Source of the DNA: an uncultured bacterium
GTDB lineage: Bacteria; Planctomycetota; UBA1135; UBA2386
Direction of reading: 5' to 3'
NCBI GenBank assembly: GCA_937906475.1
Contig: CALCZA010000114.1
Coordinates: 16,024-80,023, forward strand
Length of the DNA stretch: 64,000 nucleotides
Below, piece by piece: positions 18,734-26,784 of this stretch. A program made the translations under genes and the position numbers. Numbering within the stretch: the stretch's first letter is position 1; the number at the start of each line of letters is the position of its first letter. The notes below the pieces were generated by a model. That model was not told where the DNA came from and ran no database searches. It saw only the letters and a list, made by a program, of their open reading frames with translations.

Positions 18734-20166
18734 TTGCTCGGTCCCTTGTAGGTGTTGCGGAAGGAGCGCTTCGCGAGGCGCGGTAGTTCGCGCGTCGAAT
18801 GCCAGGCGGCCATCGGTGGCACTAGGCGATGCACGAGTGGCATGCTTTGGCCTAGTCGTGCCATGGCAGAGGCGAAGCGGAAGCGCTTGGGGCCGCGCAT
18901 AAACCACGACCACATGCGCCACGACATGCTCTCGAAGAACGAGCGCTTGGTCGCAGGTTCGTGGTCCGTGCCTTCGACTGCGCGTTGCCGCAGTTCGAGT
19001 AGTAGACTCGGAATGTCGATCTTGACCGGGCAGACGTCTTTGCACGCGCCGCACAAACTCGATGCAAACGGCAGCGGTTTCGCTTCGTGCATGCCGGCCA
19101 ACTGCGGTGTCAGGATAGCGCCGATCGGACCGGGATAGACCGTGCCGTAGGCGTGGCCGCCGACCGTTTGGTAGACCGGGCACGCGTTTAGGCATGCACC
19201 GCAGCGGATGCATGCGAGCGTCTCGCGCATCTTCTCGTCGACGGCGATCTTCGAACGGCCGTTGTCGAGCAGCACGATGTGCACTTGTTCCGGGCCTTGG
19301 CCGTTCGCTGAGTCCTGGGCGGAATCAGTACCGGTCAGGATGCTCTGGTAGGTCGTTAGGTGTTGGCCGGTACCGGAGCGTGGCAGCAAGCGCAGGAATA
19401 CTTCGAGGTCTTTGAAGCGCGGGATCACTCGTTCGATACCCATGACGGCGACATGCACCTTTGGCATCGTCGTGGTCATGCGCACGTTGCCCTCGTTTTC
19501 GAGGATCAGGATCGAGCCGGTCTCGGCGACGCCGAAGTTGACGCCGCTGATGCCTAGGTCGGCTTGGGCGAAGTGACTGCGCAGTCGTTCCCGAGCGTGC
19601 GCGCACAGAGTTTTAGGATCGTTACTCGGTGGGATGCCGAGTTTGTCGACAAACAGTTCCCCAACCTGGTCGCGCGTCATGTGGATCGCGGGAACGATGA
19701 TGTGCGATGGCGTCTCACCTGCGAGTTGGATGATCCATTCCCCGAGGTCAGTTTCGACCGGTTCCAGGGCTCGCTCGGCCAGCGCCTTGTTTAGGTGGAT
19801 CTCCTCGGTCGCCATGCTCTTTGACTTGACCAGGCGCGTCGCGCCATTGTCTTCGGCGATCTTCTGCACGATGGCGCAGGCTTCCTTGCCGTCGCGCGCC
19901 CAGTGCACCGTGGCGCCTGCCTGCTCGGCGTTGTCGGCGAACTGCTCGATGTAGTGGTCGAGTCGTGCGACGGTTGCGTCTTTGACCAGGCGCGCCTGTT
20001 CGCGCAGTGCTTCCCAGTCGGGCACTGCGGCGATCGCTGCGCTGCGTCGTTCGGCGAACGTATCCGTCGCGCTGCGTAGCGCTTGCTTCAGCGTCGCGTC
20101 GTTGAGTGCGTTCTTAGCTTGCGCGTGGAACGCGTTCGCTTTGCGGTTGCTTGGCGACGTGTTCAT
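18730..20166 (-). CDS. lutB: L-lactate oxidation iron-sulfur protein LutB/LldF
   Basis: Start at ATG 20166 (MNTSPSNRK), overlapping the lutA stop as ATGA. Two ferredoxin-type clusters: CIRCGACLNACPVY and CGACKDVCPVKI. LutB-type length. Confidence 0.85.
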   Translation of the reverse strand: MNTSPSNRKANAFHAQAKNALNDATLKQALRSATDTFAERRSAAIAAVPDWEALREQARLVKDATVARLDHYIEQFADNAEQAGATVHWARDGKEACAIVQKIAEDNGATRLVKSKSMATEEIHLNKALAERALEPVETDLGEWIIQLAGETPSHIIVPAIHMTRDQVGELFVDKLGIPPSNDPKTLCAHARERLRSHFAQADLGISGVNFGVAETGSILILENEGNVRMTTTMPKVHVAVMGIERVIPRFKDLEVFLRLLPRSGTGQHLTTYQSILTGTDSAQDSANGQGPEQVHIVLLDNGRSKIAVDEKMRETLACIRCGACLNACPVYQTVGGHAYGTVYPGPIGAILTPQLAGMHEAKPLPFASSLCGACKDVCPVKIDIPSLLLELRQRAVEGTDHEPATKRSFFESMSWRMWSWFMRGPKRFRFASAMARLGQSMPLVHRLVPPMAAWHSTRELPRLAKRSFRNTYKGPSK

Positions 20167-20903
20167 CGCGAGGCCAGGATCTCCGCTAGGTGCATGGTGC
20201 GAACGGGGGAGCCGCGTCGCTCCAATCGGCCGCGAATCTGCATTAAGCACGAACTGTCGACGGCCGCGAGCACGTCGATCGGCGTCATCTGTAGTTCGTC
20301 GAGTTTGTGGTCGAGCATGGCCGTTGAAACTTCGGGCATCTTGACCGAGAACGTGCCGCCAAAGCCACAGCACGATTCACACGTCTTGAGTTCGACCAAC
20401 TCGAGGCCTTGCACCTGGGCCAGCAGTTGTCGTGGTTCTTGCTTGATGCGCAGTTCGCGCAGACCGTGGCAGGCGTCGTGCCAGCCGACGCGTGCGTCAA
20501 GACGGGCTCCGAGGTTGGTTACGCCAAGCTCGCGTACCAAAAAACTCGACAGTTCAAACGTCTTGTGCGCCATCGCTTCGGCGCGCGGCAGCAACTCCGC
20601 ATCGTCGCGGAATAAGTCGACGAAGCGGTGCACCATGGCTGTGCACGATCCGGATGGCGCGACGATGACCTCGGCGTCTTTAAACACGTCGAGGAAGTGA
20701 CGGGCCACCTCGCGTGCTTCTTGCCAGAAGCCGGAGTTGAACGCCGGCTGGCCGCAGCACGTTTGGCGCGGGTCGAAGGTCACTTGGCACCCTGCGCGTT
20801 CGAGCACGGTGACGGTCGCGTGCACGGCGTCTGGGCTCAGTTGGTCGCCGAGGCAGGTCGCAAACAGCGACACATTGCGGCTGGTAGTGGGGGTGTCGGT
20901 CAT
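20163..20903 (-). CDS. lutA: (Fe-S)-binding CCG-domain protein LutA/LldE
   Basis: 246 aa with Cys-rich CCG-type motifs (CCGQPAFNSG, CESCCGFGG). Gene order is lutA-lutB-lutC. Confidence 0.85.
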   Translation of the reverse strand: MTDTPTTSRNVSLFATCLGDQLSPDAVHATVTVLERAGCQVTFDPRQTCCGQPAFNSGFWQEAREVARHFLDVFKDAEVIVAPSGSCTAMVHRFVDLFRDDAELLPRAEAMAHKTFELSSFLVRELGVTNLGARLDARVGWHDACHGLRELRIKQEPRQLLAQVQGLELVELKTCESCCGFGGTFSVKMPEVSTAMLDHKLDELQMTPIDVLAAVDSSCLMQIRGRLERRGSPVRTMHLAEILASR

Positions 20904-22045
20904 GACAGTACCGCAATGCCCTTGATGTAGTCGCTGTCTTGATGGGCGCCGGTGAATGCGTCGGGAATGCGGGTTAGGCCGGGATACTGATGGGTCAGTA
21001 AGTCGTCGACTTGGATCTCGCCGCGTTCGAGCATGCGCAGTGCGTCGCGGTAGATCGTTGGTCGGCCATCGTCGTCAAACCCGCCGCTTGCTCCGACCGA
21101 CGTCACTAGCACGGCCTCGCGCCATTGCAGAGGGTTGAGCAATTCGAGCGACGCGCCGCCGTGGCCGACGCCGTAGAGCAGCACGGTTGCCTGCTTGCGG
21201 ATTAGGTTGGGGATTGCCGCGAACACTGGGCCACTGCCAGTCGCTTCAATCAGCAACTCGGCGCGGCGTCCGTTCGTCTGAGCCATGACGGTGGCTTCAA
21301 GTTGTGCTGGCGCGACGGCGATCGCGCCGAGCGACTTGGCGAGCGCGCGCTTCTTGGCGCTCGGGTCGCTGACGATGATCGGGCCGTCGAATGCGTAGCG
21401 GGTGCGCAGCACTTGCACGAACAGCAGGCCGGCGGGGCCAGCGCCAAGCACGACCGCGGTTCGCACCCGCTCGCTGTCGCTGGCCTTTGGGTCCAATCGA
21501 TATCGGCCACTGGCTCGCACGCCAAAGTCGGTGCAGTGCAGCACGCAGGCGATCGGTTCCGTCATCACCGCTTTTGCAAACGATGCATCGGACTCGATCG
21601 CGATGACATTGAGAGCCGGGGTCACCAGTTCTTCTGCGAAGCCACCGGCGAGGCCGGTGATACCGTGCTCTTCGAAAAACTCGCATTGGTGCGAGTGGCC
21701 GGTCGCGCAATACTCGCACGCTGGCTCGCGACGTTCGCTGCGGCAGTTGCGGCCCTGGTCGATGATGACCCGCGCGCCGATGTGGAGGTCGTGGACAGCG
21801 CGCCCGCGTTCGATGACGGTGCCGGTGATCTCGTGGCCGAGGATCTGGGGCGCTTGCTCTAGTGGGATGGCGCGGCCGTTCTCGTCATAGTGGAAGTTGG
21901 ACTCTCCGCTGTAGATGTGAAAGTCGGTGCCGCAGACGCCGACGGCTGCCGGTTGGATCCGGACATCGTGTGGACCGAGTTCTGGCGACGGAACGTCGAG
22001 CACTTCGAACTGGCCAGGGGCCGTGATTGCACAGGCGCGCATCAT
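20900..22045 (-). CDS. zinc-dependent medium-chain alcohol/polyol dehydrogenase
   Basis: MDR motifs GVCGTDFHIYSGE and GHEITGTV, a structural-zinc Cys cluster (CxxC..C) and a Rossmann motif VLGAGPAGLL. The stop overlaps the lutA start as ATGA. Confidence 0.85.
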   Translation of the reverse strand: MMRACAITAPGQFEVLDVPSPELGPHDVRIQPAAVGVCGTDFHIYSGESNFHYDENGRAIPLEQAPQILGHEITGTVIERGRAVHDLHIGARVIIDQGRNCRSERREPACEYCATGHSHQCEFFEEHGITGLAGGFAEELVTPALNVIAIESDASFAKAVMTEPIACVLHCTDFGVRASGRYRLDPKASDSERVRTAVVLGAGPAGLLFVQVLRTRYAFDGPIIVSDPSAKKRALAKSLGAIAVAPAQLEATVMAQTNGRRAELLIEATGSGPVFAAIPNLIRKQATVLLYGVGHGGASLELLNPLQWREAVLVTSVGASGGFDDDGRPTIYRDALRMLERGEIQVDDLLTHQYPGLTRIPDAFTGAHQDSDYIKGIAVLS

Positions 22046-22162
22046 GGCGCGGCAGTCTAGCCCGAACGAATCACGATGTGGGCATGCCGAATCTGGTCTG
22101 GCCGGCGGCTTCTGCCATCTTTGCCGTCGCTCAGGACCTCGCTGAAGCGGGTGCCTCGTTTG

Positions 22163-22187
22163 GCCAGGTGTTTGACTAACACCTGGC
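22163..22187. promoter_or_regulatory. perfect 10-bp inverted repeat with 5-nt spacer (GCCAGGTGTT-TGACT-AACACCTGGC)
   Basis: Read directly. It lies in the 165-bp gap between the SDR gene stop (22211) and the Zn-ADH start (22045). No U-tract follows on the minus strand, so it could be either an operator or an RNA hairpin. Confidence 0.5.
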
Positions 22188-22210
22188 AGCGGCTGCGCGA
22201 CTCCTGCTCC

Positions 22211-23197
22211 CTACTCCTTGGGCAAGTCGCGCGTGTCTAGTTTGCCGGCTTCGTGCAGTTCACCGAAGCGCTTCAGCGTGTAGCCGATGCCCTCCTGCAG
22301 CGACGTGTCCGGCAGGCCCGGGAAGTCGCGATGGATGGCGCTGCCGTCGAGTTGCGGCGGGATTGGTAGCTCAGGCCCGCTCTGCTGCAACGTGCTTTTG
22401 GCGCTCGGGTGCTGCTCTTCAATTGTCGTGATGATGTCGGAGACCGCGACGGTCGCGCCGTGCAGGTTGTAGACGTGCGCACCCTTGCCACTGACCGGGT
22501 CGTGGTCGGCGCAGGCAATGAACATCGCCGCCGTGTCACCGACGTAGTTGAAGTCGGTCGAGCCGGTGAAGCCGATCGTGTGTGGCTTGCCGAGCACCGC
22601 GGCTTTCATCGCGGTGGTTGGGCCGGATGTCAGGCCCTGGTCGCGGCCGATGCCGTAGACCGTTAGCGGCCGCAGGCCGACACTGGGCATTTGGTTGTCT
22701 TGCCAGTAGATCCGCGCGGTGCCCTCGTTGGCACGCTTGTAGACGCCGTAGTGCGTGGTCGGTTCGCAGGCGGAGTTCTCGTCGGGAGCGGCCGCACCAT
22801 CCTGGCCGGGGCCAAAGACGGCGGCGCTACTTGCGTAGACGACACGTTCGACGTTGGCCGCGATCGCCGCTTCGAAGACGTGGATTGTGCCGAGCACATT
22901 GACGCTGGCGCCGAGGGCCGGGTTCGCCTTGCAGAACGGCACCTGTAGGCCGGCGAGGTGGATGATGGCTTTTGGGGCCGCATCCGCGACGCACTTTTTG
23001 GTCGCTTCGAGGTCGGTGATGTCGCCAGTGACGAACTGCACGCGGGCGAAGGTGTCTTCGTCGAGTATGTCCTTGATGCGGCGGGCGTCGCCACCGATGT
23101 CAAAGACGACCGGCGTGTCGCCGCGTTCTGCGAGGTGCTTGACGACCCAGGCGCCGATGCAGCCCATCGCGCCAGTAACCAGATACGTGTTGCTCAT
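22211..23197 (-). CDS. NAD-dependent epimerase/dehydratase family (extended SDR) protein
   Basis: N-terminal Rossmann motif VTGAMGCIGAWVVKHL and a catalytic YxxxK (YGVYK). Confidence 0.8.
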   Translation of the reverse strand: MSNTYLVTGAMGCIGAWVVKHLAERGDTPVVFDIGGDARRIKDILDEDTFARVQFVTGDITDLEATKKCVADAAPKAIIHLAGLQVPFCKANPALGASVNVLGTIHVFEAAIAANVERVVYASSAAVFGPGQDGAAAPDENSACEPTTHYGVYKRANEGTARIYWQDNQMPSVGLRPLTVYGIGRDQGLTSGPTTAMKAAVLGKPHTIGFTGSTDFNYVGDTAAMFIACADHDPVSGKGAHVYNLHGATVAVSDIITTIEEQHPSAKSTLQQSGPELPIPPQLDGSAIHRDFPGLPDTSLQEGIGYTLKRFGELHEAGKLDTRDLPKE

Positions 23198-23199
23198 GC

Positions 23200-24036
23200 T
23201 TAGTTGGTGATTCCGTAAATGCGGGCCGCGTTGTCGCCGAACAGTTTCTGCTGCTCGCTGTCACTCAATGCCTTCGCCCAATCGGCGACCAGTTGGTAGA
23301 CGTCTTGGTAGTCGTTCGCTGCGAGCAGGCACACTGGCCAGTCTGAACCGAACATCAAGCGATCCGGGCCGAACGCTTCGAGCGCGGAATCGAGGTAGTG
23401 GCGGAAGTCACTCGGTTGCCATTCGTTCCATTTGGCTTCGGTGACCATGCCGGACACCTTGCAGCTAACTTGTTCGAACTGAGCCATGCCGTCGAAGCCG
23501 AGTTGCCAGGCGTCTTGGTCCTGGTTCTTGATGTTGGGCTTGCCCAGGTGGTCGAGCACGAACGGTTGGTCGGGCAGCGCCGCGACGAACGACACCGCAG
23601 CGTCCAGTTGTCGCGGGTAGATAAGCACGTCGTAGACCAAGTTGCGGTCGGCGAGTTTGCGCACGCCGTCTTGGAAGTCGTTGCGCAGCAAGAACTGATC
23701 GTCCGGTTCGTCTTGCACGATGTGCCGCAACCCGCGTAGTTCCTGGTCCTGGCAAAGTTCGTCGAGCACATCGTCGAGGTTGTCGGCGCAGAGGTCGGCC
23801 CAGCCGACCACGCCCTTGACGCAGTCGTGTTTGTGCGCGAGTTCGACCAGGAACTTGGTTTCTTCGAGGTTTGAGCGCGCTTGAACGGCAATTGCGCCGT
23901 CAAACTTGCATCCGGCGAGATGCGGTTGCAGGTCGTTCGGCAGGAAGTCGCGGGCAAGGCGCTGCATGCGCGAATCAATCCACGAGTAGGATGCGGGGTC
24001 ATACCGCCAGAAGTGCTGATGGGCATCGATGCGCAC
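23200..24036 (-). CDS. amidohydrolase-2 family protein (COG3618-like, candidate sugar-acid lactonase)
   Basis: ORF 23200..24135, with the start moved to GTG 24036 so that the protein begins VRIDAHQHFWRY, the typical N-terminal metal motif. The C-terminal motif is MFGSDWPV. Confidence 0.75.
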   Translation of the reverse strand: MRIDAHQHFWRYDPASYSWIDSRMQRLARDFLPNDLQPHLAGCKFDGAIAVQARSNLEETKFLVELAHKHDCVKGVVGWADLCADNLDDVLDELCQDQELRGLRHIVQDEPDDQFLLRNDFQDGVRKLADRNLVYDVLIYPRQLDAAVSFVAALPDQPFVLDHLGKPNIKNQDQDAWQLGFDGMAQFEQVSCKVSGMVTEAKWNEWQPSDFRHYLDSALEAFGPDRLMFGSDWPVCLLAANDYQDVYQLVADWAKALSDSEQQKLFGDNAARIYGITN

Positions 24037-24119
24037 GCGGGGATTGTTGGGCCCGAGCCGCTGATGGGCAAGGATTGCCCGGCCATCTGTGCGACATCCT
24101 GGCACACTGCTTCGGTGGC

Positions 24120-24128
24120 GGGGGGGGG
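24120..24128. repeat. G9 homopolymer tract in divergent intergenic region
   Basis: Read directly: g at 24120 plus gggggggg at 24121-24128. Confidence 0.9.
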
Positions 24129-24313
24129 TGCGCACGGCAAGGCGTGGCTGTGCTGTAGCCGCGGGATTGGGCTAGAATGCGGGGATGCGCCGCGCGTGCG
24201 CCTGAATTGTTGGCCGCAGTTGGTCGTGTTGACGCTCTCGGGCAGCTAACGGGTCGCCATACTATCCGGCAAGCAGTTCGCTCCGGACGCCTGTGCCGCT
24301 AGCATCGCGCTCC

Positions 24314-25273
24314 ATGTCTTTGGCGCGCTACGTCCTGTTGCTCTCGTCGTTCCTCTTGGTGACTGCCTGCGGTGATGCTGGCGCGGATTCGAGCACCGGG
24401 AAGGCGCGCATCGTCGTGATCCCCAAGGGCACGACCCACGTGTTCTGGCAAGCCGTGCAATCCGGTGCTGAAGATGCGGCCGCGAAGACCGACTTGGACA
24501 TGTTGTTTAAGGGGCCGCTGTCGGAGAACGACCGCTCTGCACAGAAGCAGTTGGTACAGCAGTTCATAGGCGAAGGTGTTGCCGGCATCGCGCTGGCACC
24601 GCTGGACGCGAAAGCGTTGGTCCCCGAGGTCAAGCGAGCCAAGGCCAAGGGCATCCCGGTCGTCATCTTTGACTCGGCATTGGCAGGCACAGTGGGCGAG
24701 GACTTCGCAAGTTTCATCGCCACCGACAACGGCGCGAGCGGCGAACTGGCCGGTGCGGAAATGGCGCGCTTGCTTGGTAACAAGGGCAAGGTCGTGGTGC
24801 TGCGCTACCAGGTTGGTTCGGCCTCGACGACGGAACGCGAAGAGGGCTTCTTGCGGGCTGTGCGCGCCGCTGGCTTAGAAATCCTGGTCGACAACCGACA
24901 CGCCGGCGCTTCGACCGGCGATGCCAAGACCGCCGCACTCAACATGGCCGACGACCTGAAGAAGGCGGACGGCGTCTTTTGCCCGTGTGAACCAGTCACC
25001 AATGGCATGATGCTCGCGCTCGACCAGTTGGGCATGACCGGCAAGCTGAAGTTCGTCGGCTTCGACGTGACCAAGCCGCTCAAGGCTGGCCTGAGCAAAG
25101 GTAAAATCCACGCGCTCGTGGTGCAGAACCCGCGCCGCATGGGCCAGCTTGCGGTTGAGCATCTCAATAAACTGATCGCCGGCGAGGCCGTCGATAAGGA
25201 AGTCGATACCGGCTGCATCTTGGCGACCAAGGCCAACATGGATCAGCCCGAGATCGCGGCGCTGCTCAAATGA
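24314..25273 (+). CDS. sugar ABC transporter substrate-binding lipoprotein (RbsB-like, type 1 PBP)
   Basis: ORF 24293..25273, with ATG 24314 giving MSLARYVLLLSSFLLVTACG (lipobox). The sequence pattern is RbsB-like: IVVIPKGTTHVFWQ, GIALAP, PVVIFDS. Confidence 0.8.
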   Translation: MSLARYVLLLSSFLLVTACGDAGADSSTGKARIVVIPKGTTHVFWQAVQSGAEDAAAKTDLDMLFKGPLSENDRSAQKQLVQQFIGEGVAGIALAPLDAKALVPEVKRAKAKGIPVVIFDSALAGTVGEDFASFIATDNGASGELAGAEMARLLGNKGKVVVLRYQVGSASTTEREEGFLRAVRAAGLEILVDNRHAGASTGDAKTAALNMADDLKKADGVFCPCEPVTNGMMLALDQLGMTGKLKFVGFDVTKPLKAGLSKGKIHALVVQNPRRMGQLAVEHLNKLIAGEAVDKEVDTGCILATKANMDQPEIAALLK

Positions 25274-26784
25274 CCGTCGCTGCATCGCGCCTGTGCGTGC
25301 GGGCGTTGCGCAAGCGGTTTGGCCCAACCGTGGCCCTCGCTGGCGTCAACCTCGACGTCAAGAGAGGTGAGGTGCACGCGTTGGTCGGCGAAAACGGCGC
25401 GGGCAAGTCGACGCTGTTGAAGGCGCTTGCGGGCGTGCATTTGGCCGACTCCGGTTCGATGGAAATCGACGGAATGATGCATTTGCCAGCCGATCCGTCC
25501 GAAGCGGGCGAGGCTGGGCTGGCGATCATCCACCAAGAATTGGCGTTGGCGCCGCACCTGACAATTGCCGAGAACCTGTTCCTCGGTCGCGAACCGCGGC
25601 GGGGTTGGTTTGTGGATCGCACAGCGCTGCGCGAGCAATCGCTGCAGGCGTTGGCGCGCGTCGGTCGCGAGCACCTCGACCCCGATCGTCTGGTGGCAAC
25701 GCTACCGCCGGCCGATAAGCAATTGGTCGAGATCGCGCGCGCCCTGACCCAAGAGGTGCGGGTGCTAGTGCTCGACGAGCCGACGTCGAGTTTGACGCAA
25801 GCCGACGTCGGACCGTTGCTGAAGCGCCTGCGTGAGTTGGCGAGCACTGGTGTCGCGGTCGTCTACGTTTCGCACGTGTTCGAAGAGTTGTTCGCGGTCG
25901 CTGATCGCTACACCGTGCTGCGCGATGGCGAGACGGTGGCCACGGGTGCGATGCAGGACATCGATCACGACGGCCTCGTTGCCGCGATGGTTGGGCGCAA
26001 CGTCGAACAGCTTTACCATCGCACGCCGTGCGAACCAGGCGAAGTGGCCTTGGAGTTGCAGAACTTGACTGGGCGAGAATTGCCGGTCGCAGCATCGCTG
26101 ACGCTGCGGCGCGGCGAGGTGCTTGGCATCGCCGGTCTGGTTGGCGCTGGCCGCACCGAGTTGCTGCGCTGCATCTTTGGCCTCGACGATGTCGTGTCAG
26201 GCAAGGTGTCAGTGCTTGGCTACGACGGTTGGTGTTCGCCGCGCGATCGGTGGCAGCAGGGCGTCGGCTTGCTCAGCGAAGACCGCAAGCATGAGGGCTT
26301 GTCATTGACGCAGTCGCTGGCCGACAACTTGTGGCTGCCGTGTCTGTCGCGGCGGGCCAACCGCGGGTTGCTATCCGGATCGGGGCTCGAGCAAGATGCT
26401 GGCGCCTGGCTAGAGCGCGTTGGCGTCAAGTTCCGCGACGCTGGCCAAGCCATCCAAGAATTGTCCGGCGGCAACCAGCAGAAGGTCGCGTTGGCTCGTT
26501 TGCTGGCTGCCGACTCTGACGTGCTGTTGCTCGATGAACCGACGCGCGGTGTCGACGTCGGCGCGAAGGCCGAGATCTACAAAGTGATTGACGAATTGGC
26601 GCATCAACAGAAGAAGGCGGTACTGGTTGTCTCCAGCTACCTGCCCGAATTGCTTGGGCTCGCCGATCGCATCGCGGTCGTCGCTGGTGGCGATGTGCAA
26701 CCGGCGCGGTCGGTTGCCGAACTAGACGAACACACACTGCTTTGCCAAATGACGGTGGCACGGCTTGCCGAAGGAGTTGCATGA
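25270..26784 (+). CDS. sugar ABC transporter ATP-binding protein (duplicated NBD, RbsA-like)
   Basis: Walker A GENGAGKST, Walker B VLVLDEPTSSL, second-half signature LSGGNQQKV and LLLDEPTRGVD. The start overlaps the upstream stop as ATGA. Confidence 0.9.
   Translation: MTVAASRLCVRALRKRFGPTVALAGVNLDVKRGEVHALVGENGAGKSTLLKALAGVHLADSGSMEIDGMMHLPADPSEAGEAGLAIIHQELALAPHLTIAENLFLGREPRRGWFVDRTALREQSLQALARVGREHLDPDRLVATLPPADKQLVEIARALTQEVRVLVLDEPTSSLTQADVGPLLKRLRELASTGVAVVYVSHVFEELFAVADRYTVLRDGETVATGAMQDIDHDGLVAAMVGRNVEQLYHRTPCEPGEVALELQNLTGRELPVAASLTLRRGEVLGIAGLVGAGRTELLRCIFGLDDVVSGKVSVLGYDGWCSPRDRWQQGVGLLSEDRKHEGLSLTQSLADNLWLPCLSRRANRGLLSGSGLEQDAGAWLERVGVKFRDAGQAIQELSGGNQQKVALARLLAADSDVLLLDEPTRGVDVGAKAEIYKVIDELAHQQKKAVLVVSSYLPELLGLADRIAVVAGGDVQPARSVAELDEHTLLCQMTVARLAEGVA

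Noticed and set aside
18734-19213. N-terminal extensions of the lutC ORF (to 19213) and the lutB ORF (20167..20373).
   Set aside because: The extensions overlap the preceding lut genes out of frame and have low-complexity basic composition. Internal ATGs create ATGA overlaps with the upstream stops and give family-typical lengths.
23355-24140. 261-aa minus-strand ORF in an alternative frame of the amidohydrolase gene.
   Set aside because: The product is Thr/Ser/Arg/Pro-rich without motifs. The other frame carries the HxH (DAHQHFW) and GSDWPV amidohydrolase signatures.
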